From IMG/VR virus record IMGVR_UViG_3300025087_000084, positions 1-55,774 of that record: a stretch of 55,774 bases of DNA; one strand, given 5' to 3'. Within the stretch, counting starts at the first letter, position 1, and each line of letters begins with the position of its first letter. The stretch is from a virus (taxonomy: Duplodnaviria > Caudoviricetes). Shown in pieces: positions 26,429 to 36,151 of this stretch. The translations under genes and the position numbers were made by a program. The notes under the pieces are model-generated. The model made no database searches, was not told the origin of the DNA, and saw only the letters and a program-made list of their open reading frames with translations.

Positions 26429-28675
26429 ATGAGTACTGAAACACCCAATGAAGTCAAACGTTTGAATGACCTATTTGTTACTGCTGTAAATGCTCAATCC
26501 AATAATAATGTCAGAAATTATAAAAAAGAATGTGAAGAATTTTATTATAATGATGTCAAGAAAACAAAGTCTCAATTAGACACCAGACAAAAAGAAAAAG
26601 TTCAACAGACCTATAATATTCCTGTAAGTACTAAATTTACATATGCTACGAATGAACAGTTATTAGCATTTTTAACGGCTACTAAACCATTCGCAAGAAT
26701 GCTCACTACTGAAGAATCAACTAAAGAATTTGTTTATGCGTATCAAAAGGTATATCACTGCATATGGTACGAATCAAAAATAAATAAGAATTTATCAAAT
26801 GCCATTAGAGACGGTTTAAATGTAGGTGACGGCTATTTGTATGTAAGGCCTGCTTATCATGAAGATGAAGCGACATCTCGTGTTGTAGTTGAATACAAGC
26901 CATGGAAACACCTTGCTATTGATCCTGAATCAAGAGAATGGGATTACAATGATGCTGATTATATGGTTATAATGGACATAATGCGTAAATCAAAAGCGGA
27001 AGATAAATATGATATTAAGTTAAGTGATTTGGATGGAATGAGTTCAGATGTTAATATACCTAATGTTAATGAACTTGCAAATGATTTTACACCTATAAGC
27101 ACCGATAAAAAAAATGATATAAGTAAATATGTATGGATTAAAGAATACTTTGAAAAAAAGGATAAAAATGTATACGTAGGTGAAGATATTAATACCGGAG
27201 ATGCGATATTAAGTTTAAAGAGGCCTAAATCTATTGAAATACCGAATCCCGATAAAATAAAGTTATCTCAGTTAATCATGCAATTGGAACAACAGGAACA
27301 ACAATTGAATTCCAATTTAACGACTGCTGTTAAACAAAATGATTTTAAGAATCAAGAAGCATCTATGCCTGTGGATGAACAGGAACAAACCGAAGCAGGC
27401 ACAAGGGATATAATGGATAATCAGGACATACAAACTTACTCGACACAAATACAGGAAATCAGAACTCAGTTATCTATGTTAAACAGGACATATTCGGAAA
27501 TGCCAGATGAAGTACCGGCATTCGAATTTGAACTTGAAGGCAAAGAAGCTACTGCTATATCTTTGAATACCGTAAGAAACATTAAAAAAAGAATACAATA
27601 TACTTTAATGGTGGGACAAACGATATTAGAAAAAAAGATATTGCCGTGTGACAAATATCCGATAATCAACTTTCCGTTTGTTCATTTCGGCAGTCCTAAC
27701 AGAGTATTCGGCAATATACATTATATCATCGATATTGTAAAAGCTATGAATAAGTATATATCAGAAATAATGTTTGACATAGCTGTTAACGGTCATAGAA
27801 AAGGATTTATAAATGAAAGAAGTATATTAGATACTGTGACATTTGAAGATGATTGGGCACAACCCGGCAAACTTATAAAATTGAGAACAGTCCCGGATGA
27901 TCCTAATGGAGGCATGCCACAAATTCTTGAACCTTCTCCGATTAATCAGTCTATAACTTATATGCTTGAATACTTTAAGTCATTAATAGAATACATTACA
28001 GGTATATACGGAATTATACAGGGAGACCCGAATTCAGCACCTTCGACATTCGGAGCTACTCAATCTTTGCAAACATTCGGCACTCAGAGAATAAAGTTAT
28101 ACTCAAGAAACATAGAACATAGTTTAGAGAATCTTGCATATGTGATGGTTAATTATATACAGGCATTTACTCCAAGAGATAAGTTATTAAAGTACTTTGA
28201 TGAAAATGGTGACCAGCAAGAAGTATCAATAATGAATTCTAAAGAAGATATGCAATTCAAGGTTAGAGTTGAAATGACTTCTTCGTTACCTACAACGAGA
28301 CAAATGAGTATGCAATTACTTGCATTTATAACTCAAACTGTTTCTGACGATGCCTTAAAAGCATTATATACACAGTATATGCTAAAAATGCAGGATATAC
28401 CGGAAGCAGATAAAATGGCAGAAGATATAGATATAATCCGTTCATTGCAAGGACAGATACAACAAGCACAAACACAGATACAGGAATTGACAGGTCAGGT
28501 AAAAGCCGCAGAAAACAATATGCAACAAATGCAAGTTGCCAATAAAGTTAACACTATGTCTATGAAAGCAGATAAAGATATAGCTATGATGCAACAACAA
28601 AAAGAAATGGAAATGGAGAATACTGAAATACCCGAAGAAATGTTATCTACAAGTTTAAATATGGCAGGAGAGTAA
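26429..28675 (+). CDS. Portal protein (P22-like podoviral type)
   Basis: 748 aa, first structural gene; AIDP...DADY, YPIINF, EYITGI...QG motifs; Gln-rich C-terminal coiled coil. Confidence 0.8.
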   Translation: MSTETPNEVKRLNDLFVTAVNAQSNNNVRNYKKECEEFYYNDVKKTKSQLDTRQKEKVQQTYNIPVSTKFTYATNEQLLAFLTATKPFARMLTTEESTKEFVYAYQKVYHCIWYESKINKNLSNAIRDGLNVGDGYLYVRPAYHEDEATSRVVVEYKPWKHLAIDPESREWDYNDADYMVIMDIMRKSKAEDKYDIKLSDLDGMSSDVNIPNVNELANDFTPISTDKKNDISKYVWIKEYFEKKDKNVYVGEDINTGDAILSLKRPKSIEIPNPDKIKLSQLIMQLEQQEQQLNSNLTTAVKQNDFKNQEASMPVDEQEQTEAGTRDIMDNQDIQTYSTQIQEIRTQLSMLNRTYSEMPDEVPAFEFELEGKEATAISLNTVRNIKKRIQYTLMVGQTILEKKILPCDKYPIINFPFVHFGSPNRVFGNIHYIIDIVKAMNKYISEIMFDIAVNGHRKGFINERSILDTVTFEDDWAQPGKLIKLRTVPDDPNGGMPQILEPSPINQSITYMLEYFKSLIEYITGIYGIIQGDPNSAPSTFGATQSLQTFGTQRIKLYSRNIEHSLENLAYVMVNYIQAFTPRDKLLKYFDENGDQQEVSIMNSKEDMQFKVRVEMTSSLPTTRQMSMQLLAFITQTVSDDALKALYTQYMLKMQDIPEADKMAEDIDIIRSLQGQIQQAQTQIQELTGQVKAAENNMQQMQVANKVNTMSMKADKDIAMMQQQKEMEMENTEIPEEMLSTSLNMAGE

Positions 28676-28676
28676 A

Positions 28677-28853
28677 ATGGCTAAAAACTTATTAATAAAT
28701 CGTTCAATATCGGATAGTCTATTTACAGATTCAAAACCGGTACCAAGTCCCGATGTAAAAAAACTGAAAGGAGATTTGAGAATGAGAAAAATTAAAAAAA
28801 GAAAAGATGTTAATCCTAAAACTAGTTCTAAATATGGAGGAGTAGAAAGATAA
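28677..28853 (+). CDS. Tiny Lys/Arg-rich protein (58 aa; not in ORF track)
   Basis: AGGAG RBS; TAATG coupling to the next gene. Confidence 0.55.
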   Translation: MAKNLLINRSISDSLFTDSKPVPSPDVKKLKGDLRMRKIKKRKDVNPKTSSKYGGVER

Positions 28854-29068
28854 TGAGTAAAAAAATAATGAGAGCTTATAGCAGCAAAGATGGTAAACTA
28901 ACTGCACCTTTTGCTAAACCTGAATATGATTATCAAGCACAAATTCCCAATAAGTATACTGTTGGAGGACGTGATCTTAAAATAGTTGAAGGCAAAAAAG
29001 CAGGTAAATTTTCTATGTTCGCAAACAAACGAGTTGGAAAAAAAGATTTAGCAGCAACAAGTAGGTAA
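28853..29068 (+). CDS. Small basic protein (71 aa)
   Basis: GGAGGAG upstream; Lys-rich. Confidence 0.7.
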   Translation: MSKKIMRAYSSKDGKLTAPFAKPEYDYQAQIPNKYTVGGRDLKIVEGKKAGKFSMFANKRVGKKDLAATSR

Positions 29069-29070
29069 TT

Positions 29071-29199
29071 ATGAAAAGTATATATGTACCCGGGAAATAT
29101 AGTGATAAAAAGAAACCTGAAATTACGATTTCTAATAAAAAAGGAAAATACGTAAAGATAAAAACAGACTATAGTAAAAAATTATTAACAAAAAAATAG
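29071..29199 (+). CDS. Tiny Lys-rich protein (42 aa; not in ORF track)
   Basis: AGGT RBS; fills the gap exactly. Confidence 0.45.
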   Translation: MKSIYVPGKYSDKKKPEITISNKKGKYVKIKTDYSKKLLTKK

Positions 29200-29208
29200 G
29201 ATTTTAAC

Positions 29209-30135
29209 ATGAATGAAAATGATGAAATTATAGATAATCAAGATGAACCAATAGAAACAGCAGAACCGGAATTTGAGGAATTTGAGGTTCCTGATTATAT
29301 AACAGATGATTTAATCCCACCTGATGAGTTTGAAGATGATATTTCAAAGGTCAATTGGTATGAAGAAAATTACCTTAAGTTAATTAATCATATAGAATCC
29401 GAACCTGTCAGGAATCATATTAAAAGCAAATACCAAGAAGAAATACTAACTGCCGATAAAGAGTATAATAAATTAAAAGCAGTTAAGAATTTAATGGAGG
29501 GAAATCCTGAAGAATACATAAAGTTATATGCTCCTGATTATTTAGTAAAAAATCGTATTAATGCAGGATATGGAAATGAAGAAAAAGCGACTATAGTTGA
29601 CAAACAACTTAAAAAGGAATTTGGTGAAGATTATAGAGAATTATATGATGAAGAAAAAGCGAATATAAAAGGAACTATGTCTAATCGAATGTTTGAAAAA
29701 CAACAGCAATTATTGGAATCCATAGATAAACATAATGAAGAAGTTAATCAAAAAATGAATACTATTGCTCCAACAAAGGAACAAATAGAACAAACTTTAA
29801 AACAGCATTATGAAATGGATTTTAAAGATAACGATTGGACTGAAGAAGAATTCAAAGAATTTTCAGAAATCGCCATAGATTATGCCAAACAGGATAATTT
29901 AACTATAGGCGATATACATAGAATAATGTACTTTGATGAATATCAGAAAGATGCTTACAGCCGAGGTTTAAAAGATGGCAAAAAAGGCATCGTTCAGGAT
30001 ATAAGCAAATTGCATAATTCAAATGTAAAGCATCAACCGATAAAACGTGATACACAAGAAATTAAAGAATATAATAAATTTGGTTCTTTTGGTAAACCAA
30101 GCATTGTTGATAAAATTAAAATTAACGGAGGTTAA
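29209..30135 (+). CDS. Capsid scaffolding protein
   Basis: Acidic, helical; immediately upstream of the capsid gene. Confidence 0.65.
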   Translation: MNENDEIIDNQDEPIETAEPEFEEFEVPDYITDDLIPPDEFEDDISKVNWYEENYLKLINHIESEPVRNHIKSKYQEEILTADKEYNKLKAVKNLMEGNPEEYIKLYAPDYLVKNRINAGYGNEEKATIVDKQLKKEFGEDYRELYDEEKANIKGTMSNRMFEKQQQLLESIDKHNEEVNQKMNTIAPTKEQIEQTLKQHYEMDFKDNDWTEEEFKEFSEIAIDYAKQDNLTIGDIHRIMYFDEYQKDAYSRGLKDGKKGIVQDISKLHNSNVKHQPIKRDTQEIKEYNKFGSFGKPSIVDKIKINGG

Positions 30136-30137
30136 AC

Positions 30138-31724
30138 ATGGCAACTAATCCAACGAACAAACAATTGGATGAGATTTATGAGGGCATATTAGCAGGGGGC
30201 AACTATCCCATGGATTTACGTGGTGATGGAAGTGACAGAGCGGCTAAGATGTCTTTTCTTGACAGAGACATAGCGGCTTTCACTTATATGATGCACAAAA
30301 ATCATCCTTTTACTACAAAAGGCAAAGTAAGTGATAGATATTTTTCTGTTAGAGAGATAGACGAACTTGAAAGATACTACATTATAGCTTATGGCTCAGG
30401 TTCGGGTAATGCGGTAACTACAGATACATATGATCAATGGATAGCAGTAACTAATGCATATGCAGCAGAAATTCATGTAAATGACATTATGTATACTTTA
30501 GGTTTATATGCGTATGTACAAGGTTCTGAAATGGTTGCAGGACAAGTAATAGCGCAATCAGGAGGTTCTCAGGGAACCAATTACGGACCTGACTTAGGTT
30601 GGGACGTTGGTGTTCATCCTACCAAAATTAGATTCTCAAGAACTCGCGGTGTTGATAATAACGGTTTCTATTTTGAAGATTACGAACAACTTAAAGTAAT
30701 CGAGAAAAATGCCGATAATAGTCATAGTGCAGGATATACATTAATCAAATTGGAACGTTGTTTCATGGGTCCAGGTGAATCTGATGAAGGCGGTAGAAAA
30801 CTTGTAGCTTCTTTAGTCTATAGTACAAGTGGTATAACCAATACTGATGCAGGTGGAACAGGACATACAAATAACACGCATGCAAGATTATTGCCAGGCG
30901 ATATTTTACTCTTAGGTACAAATAGTTTCAGAGAAGGAACACAGGCTCCCGAAGGAACTCATAAATTACCGAGCAAGGATAAAAACTTTACACAAGAGTA
31001 TAAATACGGTAATTCAAGAACACTCGAATCTGAAATCGTCGATAAACAGGTAAAAGCAAGAACCGGATTTAACGAATGGGAAACTCAGGTATGGATGACT
31101 AAAAGGCAAATGACAAGAAAAAGGGAATATTCTAATCTTTTAGGCCGTAAAATGGTTAATAGTGTAGGCGGAAAAGAAGAATATATACAAGGTGGAGTTA
31201 GACCTTATATATTAAAGGATTCTGCTCATATTATCATATACCCTGATCCAACTATTACATGGCCGGGATTGCTTGATATAGGCAAAAAGGTCTTTGGTTT
31301 AGGCGGTGGTATGGAAAGAGCCGGATTTACGGGTATAACAATGGATGCCGAACTAAGAAAATCATTTTGGAATGAGCATTTATTCTATAATAAAGAAGCA
31401 AGCGCTGCTTTTAATATGGAAGTAAATACCTTGTTTGTCAGCGGAGGTAAAATTCATATTATATGTTCACAGGTAATGGAAGAAAACGGTTATGGAAACG
31501 AGATACTATGTCTTGATTTAACACAATCTGACGCTTTCGAACCGGTAACACATGATGGATGGGATTACTTTACTGACAATGGTGACGGTGGTAAAAACGG
31601 TATTGCAGAATCAGGCAGTCAGTTATATAAAGAACAAATTATCGGTATGTTTGGATTAAAGAGACGTTATCGCAAATATCACTGTATAGTTGATTTTTCA
31701 AATGCAGTAAGTGTAGGGAGGTAA
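30138..31724 (+). CDS. Major capsid protein (HK97 fold) with a large insertion
   Basis: GGAGG RBS; position after portal and scaffold; EG...P...NFTQ, REYSNLLG, GG motifs. Confidence 0.75.
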   Translation: MATNPTNKQLDEIYEGILAGGNYPMDLRGDGSDRAAKMSFLDRDIAAFTYMMHKNHPFTTKGKVSDRYFSVREIDELERYYIIAYGSGSGNAVTTDTYDQWIAVTNAYAAEIHVNDIMYTLGLYAYVQGSEMVAGQVIAQSGGSQGTNYGPDLGWDVGVHPTKIRFSRTRGVDNNGFYFEDYEQLKVIEKNADNSHSAGYTLIKLERCFMGPGESDEGGRKLVASLVYSTSGITNTDAGGTGHTNNTHARLLPGDILLLGTNSFREGTQAPEGTHKLPSKDKNFTQEYKYGNSRTLESEIVDKQVKARTGFNEWETQVWMTKRQMTRKREYSNLLGRKMVNSVGGKEEYIQGGVRPYILKDSAHIIIYPDPTITWPGLLDIGKKVFGLGGGMERAGFTGITMDAELRKSFWNEHLFYNKEASAAFNMEVNTLFVSGGKIHIICSQVMEENGYGNEILCLDLTQSDAFEPVTHDGWDYFTDNGDGGKNGIAESGSQLYKEQIIGMFGLKRRYRKYHCIVDFSNAVSVGR

Positions 31725-31725
31725 T

Positions 31726-32304
31726 ATGAAAAAATTAATTTTATTGGTATTATTCCTTTTCGCAGGAAATTTAATTGCTAAAGATATATATGAAACTGAT
31801 ATTATTTTTGACAAAGACATAAATGCAACAGCATTAGCAAAGGCTTCTTATTCATTTACCATGCCTTATACATCTGATTTGTGTGTAAGGCCTAGTACAA
31901 ACTTAGGAGCTACATGGAAATACGATTCTGATGTATTCACATTAGGATGCGATTCAGTATTATTTACAGTAGAAGCATATAGTAAAACATTGATAGGCCA
32001 ATCTCTTGACAGTTTGTCAATTATAGCCAAATTAGTACCATTGACACCCGGAGGCAGACAGTTACCAACGGACACAAGTACATGGTTAGGACAGCCTATA
32101 ACTGTTTTAATGAAGTATGCGGGACAAGGAAGTGTAGCGACAGGAGCCGGAGCAATTGCAACATGGGATAACGCTATTCCGCAATCTGCTCAATTATCCT
32201 GTTTGCACGGTAAACTTGTTATTTTTATAGGACAAGGTAATGTAAGAGCACAAACATTACATGTTCGAATATGGATGACAAAAGTATGGAAGGACAGAAG
32301 ATGA
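31726..32304 (+). CDS. Signal-peptide-bearing beta-rich protein in the head operon
   Basis: MKKLILLVLFLFAGNLIA-K; GGGAGG RBS. Confidence 0.7.
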   Translation: MKKLILLVLFLFAGNLIAKDIYETDIIFDKDINATALAKASYSFTMPYTSDLCVRPSTNLGATWKYDSDVFTLGCDSVLFTVEAYSKTLIGQSLDSLSIIAKLVPLTPGGRQLPTDTSTWLGQPITVLMKYAGQGSVATGAGAIATWDNAIPQSAQLSCLHGKLVIFIGQGNVRAQTLHVRIWMTKVWKDRR

Positions 32305-32735
32305 AAAAGATATATATAGCTATATTAATCATATTAGGCACTATAGGTTTATATTCTGCCAGCGAATCTTTACTTGCTACAAATACAACTACAATAGCAA
32401 AGAACACTGATTATATTGTAACTGTAACTAATGTAACAATGGGAACTGATAGCACAGGGATAAACCTGAATTTTGATAAAGATAGTTTAAGTGGCTATAT
32501 AACATATGCTTGGGTAACGGCTGATGGAAACATCAGTCCTACCACTTATACATTTACTCTTGATAACGGTAGTACTACATTCACAAATACAGGTGACAAG
32601 AAAACCGTATTCACGGAAAAAATGAATAGAATAGCAGGTGGTTACAGAGCCAATGTATATCTGTATCTTCATCATCACAAGAATAGTGCGGCAACACAGA
32701 CAATAACGACTAAAGTAAGAAAAGTAACGTGGTAA
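32301..32735 (+). CDS. Second signal-peptide-bearing Thr-rich protein
   Basis: MKKIYIAILIILGTIGLYSA; ATGA overlap at 32301. Confidence 0.7.
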   Translation: MKKIYIAILIILGTIGLYSASESLLATNTTTIAKNTDYIVTVTNVTMGTDSTGINLNFDKDSLSGYITYAWVTADGNISPTTYTFTLDNGSTTFTNTGDKKTVFTEKMNRIAGGYRANVYLYLHHHKNSAATQTITTKVRKVTW

Positions 32736-32751
32736 ATTAAAGGAGATAAAA

Positions 32752-33045
32752 ATGGCAAATTTACAAAAAGCATTTATACTCAGAGCATTGGATTCTAATT
32801 TGAATTCTTTAGCTCCCAGTGATAAGATATTATTATTGAAAGACGGCATTAATTCGAGCGGAGCTCATTCTTTGTCTTTAGATGGCATTGTAAGAGATGG
32901 TGCACAAATAAAACTAATGCAGTTTCATCATTTAACGGTAGCGTCCGGAGTGGTTACTTCTGCTGCTGCCGTACCCGGAGATGTAACAGTAACTAACTTA
33001 GTAATATTCGATGCAATTGATTTAGAGATGGATGGAGGCGAATAG
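32752..33045 (+). CDS. Small putative virion protein
   Basis: AAGGAG RBS; structural operon. Confidence 0.65.
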   Translation: MANLQKAFILRALDSNLNSLAPSDKILLLKDGINSSGAHSLSLDGIVRDGAQIKLMQFHHLTVASGVVTSAAAVPGDVTVTNLVIFDAIDLEMDGGE

Positions 33046-33797
33046 TGCGAATCTGGGAAGCACATAAAGCTTTATCTTTGGCACTCGGTGATACTGTAAA
33101 CTTTTTGGACGCTAATGGACTTGATGCAACTATAATATCACCTCCTAACAGCATGCCTGACGGTGTATGGTTATTGCATTCATTAAGAAACAGTCAAATC
33201 TACAGGGCTATGCTCAAAGTATATAATGAAATAATCATGAGCGTAGCCCCTTTGGATAGACAAATAGCCGGTTCTGTCATAGAGAAAATTATGCCTAATA
33301 CGATTTTAACTGAAACTCAAACTATAGCATTGAACAACTCGGCTCAAACTATGGCATTAGATAGTAAGATAATTTATCTGACAAAAGTATATTGTAGGAA
33401 TGAGAATAATGATGTATATCCGATACCTATTAAAAATGGTATTGAGGTTAATGCATTATTAAATACACGAAATGTACAAAATCCAGATGCATTCGCTTAT
33501 TTATTTAATGTCGAACTAGGTTATGACGTAAGTATTTTACACATATATGATTTTAAGAATGAAATTGATGGCATGACGGCATACATAAGTTTTATTAAAT
33601 ATCCCAGAAATCCGGCTATTGCAATTGACAATTCTAATCCTGATTATAATTGGAACAGCGAACTTGACATAGAAGAAATATTAATACCAAAAGTACTGAG
33701 TTATGCCAAATTATACGCTTTACAGGAACATCAGGATATGGAATTATTACCTGCTTTACAAATGGAATTAATATCACCTAATCAGCAAGGAGGATAA
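33045..33797 (+). CDS. Putative head-tail adaptor / ring protein
   Basis: Position; C-terminal YISFIKYP...ELDIEEILIPKVLSYA pattern. Confidence 0.55.
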   Translation: MRIWEAHKALSLALGDTVNFLDANGLDATIISPPNSMPDGVWLLHSLRNSQIYRAMLKVYNEIIMSVAPLDRQIAGSVIEKIMPNTILTETQTIALNNSAQTMALDSKIIYLTKVYCRNENNDVYPIPIKNGIEVNALLNTRNVQNPDAFAYLFNVELGYDVSILHIYDFKNEIDGMTAYISFIKYPRNPAIAIDNSNPDYNWNSELDIEEILIPKVLSYAKLYALQEHQDMELLPALQMELISPNQQGG

Positions 33798-33798
33798 A

Positions 33799-34680
33799 AT
33801 GCCTATAACAACTATTAATGGTTTAACCGATATAGCACAAATTAGGCCATTAAGTAAATTTTGGACTTATTACAGAATAGCTTCGGAAGCACAAGTATTG
33901 ACTAATACTGTAAATAATGAAAAAGTCCAAGAGACTAACGTAAGATACCATATTAATGCTGCAATATCGCATATAGCGGATTTACTCAGTTTAGCTATGG
34001 AACCATGGTACGGTGTTAATATAAAGGCAACTATTGAAGCATCGGCACATGATTTTGGATTAGATTATGTGGATTTAACTTCAGGCGGTAATACTGCATT
34101 AGACATGGCACGATTTTTACATCATATTGAAAGAGTTAACATAGCATCCGGTACACGCAAGGGTAACATGACTAAATGGGATTTAAGTATGTTGACACAA
34201 CAAAAAAGTGACTGGAATGTACAGCATGCACAAACAGCAGCATGGACACATTTTGGCAATGATTTATTATTACTATTTGGCAATGATATAGAATCTACGG
34301 TTAATACGGGAGCTGCTTCATATAGTTACGATGTAACATCTTCTGATATAGTAATAGCAGCATACAGGCAACCATTATTAGATGATATGTTAGTACCAAG
34401 TACAAGTATTACATACCTAAGAACTAAAGATAGTTCTGCTCCTACGATAACTGAATTTGTTGATTTACCTGATAAATATTGTAAATTATTGATTGATATG
34501 GTACAAGCAAGTATATTACAACAAATTAATGTTGATGTGCCTAAAGCGGTTGAACAGAATATTAATCAAGCAACTGCACAATTAACCCAGATGATAGAAG
34601 CAAAGAGACAATTTGAAGTTAACAGTAAGCAGGGATTTGACAGGGGGATTACTCGTTTAACACCACCGGGAGCAGTCTAA
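33799..34680 (+). CDS. Putative tail tubular / ring protein
   Basis: Position; AYRQP...VDLPDKY...LLID pattern. Confidence 0.55.
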   Translation: MPITTINGLTDIAQIRPLSKFWTYYRIASEAQVLTNTVNNEKVQETNVRYHINAAISHIADLLSLAMEPWYGVNIKATIEASAHDFGLDYVDLTSGGNTALDMARFLHHIERVNIASGTRKGNMTKWDLSMLTQQKSDWNVQHAQTAAWTHFGNDLLLLFGNDIESTVNTGAASYSYDVTSSDIVIAAYRQPLLDDMLVPSTSITYLRTKDSSAPTITEFVDLPDKYCKLLIDMVQASILQQINVDVPKAVEQNINQATAQLTQMIEAKRQFEVNSKQGFDRGITRLTPPGAV

Positions 34681-35063
34681 TGCCAAAATTCAGTAAACGA
34701 AGCCAACAAAAATTAGAACAATGTCATGAAGATTTGCAAGTACTCTTTAATGATATAATTAAAAAATATGATTGTACGATAATTTGTGGATATAGAAATG
34801 AAAAAGAACAGAATAAAGCATTTATTGCAGGTCATTCTCGTTTAAAATATCCTGAAAGCAAACATAATAAGATACCTTCGTTAGCAGTAGACGTATTGCC
34901 TTGTCCTGTCAGTTATTCAGATAAAGAAAAAATAAGAGATTTTGCTAAATATGTAAAAAGTATAATAGTAAAATTAATTAAAGAAGATAGGATTACTCAT
35001 GTTATTAAATGGGGAGGAGACTGGAAAAAATTGGTTGATATGCCACACTGGGAGATTGTATAA
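34680..35063 (+). CDS. Endolysin, peptidase M15 family (L-Ala-D-Glu type)
   Basis: GYR...Q, SKH...AVD, WGGDW...DMPHWE. Confidence 0.9.
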   Translation: MPKFSKRSQQKLEQCHEDLQVLFNDIIKKYDCTIICGYRNEKEQNKAFIAGHSRLKYPESKHNKIPSLAVDVLPCPVSYSDKEKIRDFAKYVKSIIVKLIKEDRITHVIKWGGDWKKLVDMPHWEIV

Positions 35064-36151
35064 TGCCAATAGATATAATTAATATATTCAGTAAAATACA
35101 AAGTTCCATAGGTGATTTATCTATGGATTTATATCAGCCCGGAGAATACATTGAAACAGTTAATCGTTTGGCTGAAAAGATTGCAAGAGAAACTGAAATA
35201 TGGATTGCAAGGCATATAGCAGTTCCCAATCCTTTAGCAACAGCATGGGTAGCAAGCACTAATTATACGAATGGACAGATAGTAAGCAACGGAGGTAATT
35301 ATTATTATAATAATATTAACCATACGTCTGCTGTCAATTTTGGTGCTGATGCAATCAATTGGACCATAATTAATCCATGGACAGTTGGAACAGTATACAC
35401 TATAGGCACAATGGTTTACATAGCAGGCCCTGCATTTTATAGATGCATACAGGCACACACAGCTACATTATCAGAAGAACCGCCAAATATTGATTACTGG
35501 GAATTTTACGGATATTCAGGTCAGGAGATATTTAACGTTAAACTTCCCTATACATTTAATAGTATAGAATTAGCTCCATTCAGATTAATAAGGGTATCAA
35601 GAGGAAGCACAGGCACATATATTGATAATACAGGAAGTGAGTTTACCGGTTGGAATGAATGTCATGAATATTCACAGCAAACAATAGCAAGAACAATATC
35701 AGGTAATAGTTCATTTGATATTAACAGAAGCATATTGGGACAGAATCAATTTTTAACTCAATTCGTTGATAACATAGGAACTATGGATGGAGGTATAAAT
35801 TTATTGTTCGGAGGTTCATTTTATCTTAATGAATTATGTATTATAGATTTTATATCCGGTAAACCGTTTAGAGATAATCCATTGACCATGTGGGACCCGC
35901 AACAGGCAACTCCTGTACAAATACCCGATTTTCTATATGATACCTTTAGATGGGGATTACAATGGCTTGTGAGCAGTGAATTATTCTCAAGAGGCATAGA
36001 CAGATTTGGAAGAATAGCAGAGAATTCAAGATTTATGTATCAAGATGAATTAATTAGTGCTATTGCTTATTCGAAGAAATTTAAAGATAACAGAAGTAGT
36101 TTAACATTACAGCCAATAAATTGGTTGCCGGAAGAAGACTATGAGCAATGA
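35063..36151 (+). CDS. Ring/tail protein with two inserted CBM5/12-like modules
   Basis: W...Y..G.IV....YY....HTS and W...Y..G.MV....YRCIQAHT...PP....W. Confidence 0.65.
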   Translation: MPIDIINIFSKIQSSIGDLSMDLYQPGEYIETVNRLAEKIARETEIWIARHIAVPNPLATAWVASTNYTNGQIVSNGGNYYYNNINHTSAVNFGADAINWTIINPWTVGTVYTIGTMVYIAGPAFYRCIQAHTATLSEEPPNIDYWEFYGYSGQEIFNVKLPYTFNSIELAPFRLIRVSRGSTGTYIDNTGSEFTGWNECHEYSQQTIARTISGNSSFDINRSILGQNQFLTQFVDNIGTMDGGINLLFGGSFYLNELCIIDFISGKPFRDNPLTMWDPQQATPVQIPDFLYDTFRWGLQWLVSSELFSRGIDRFGRIAENSRFMYQDELISAIAYSKKFKDNRSSLTLQPINWLPEEDYEQ

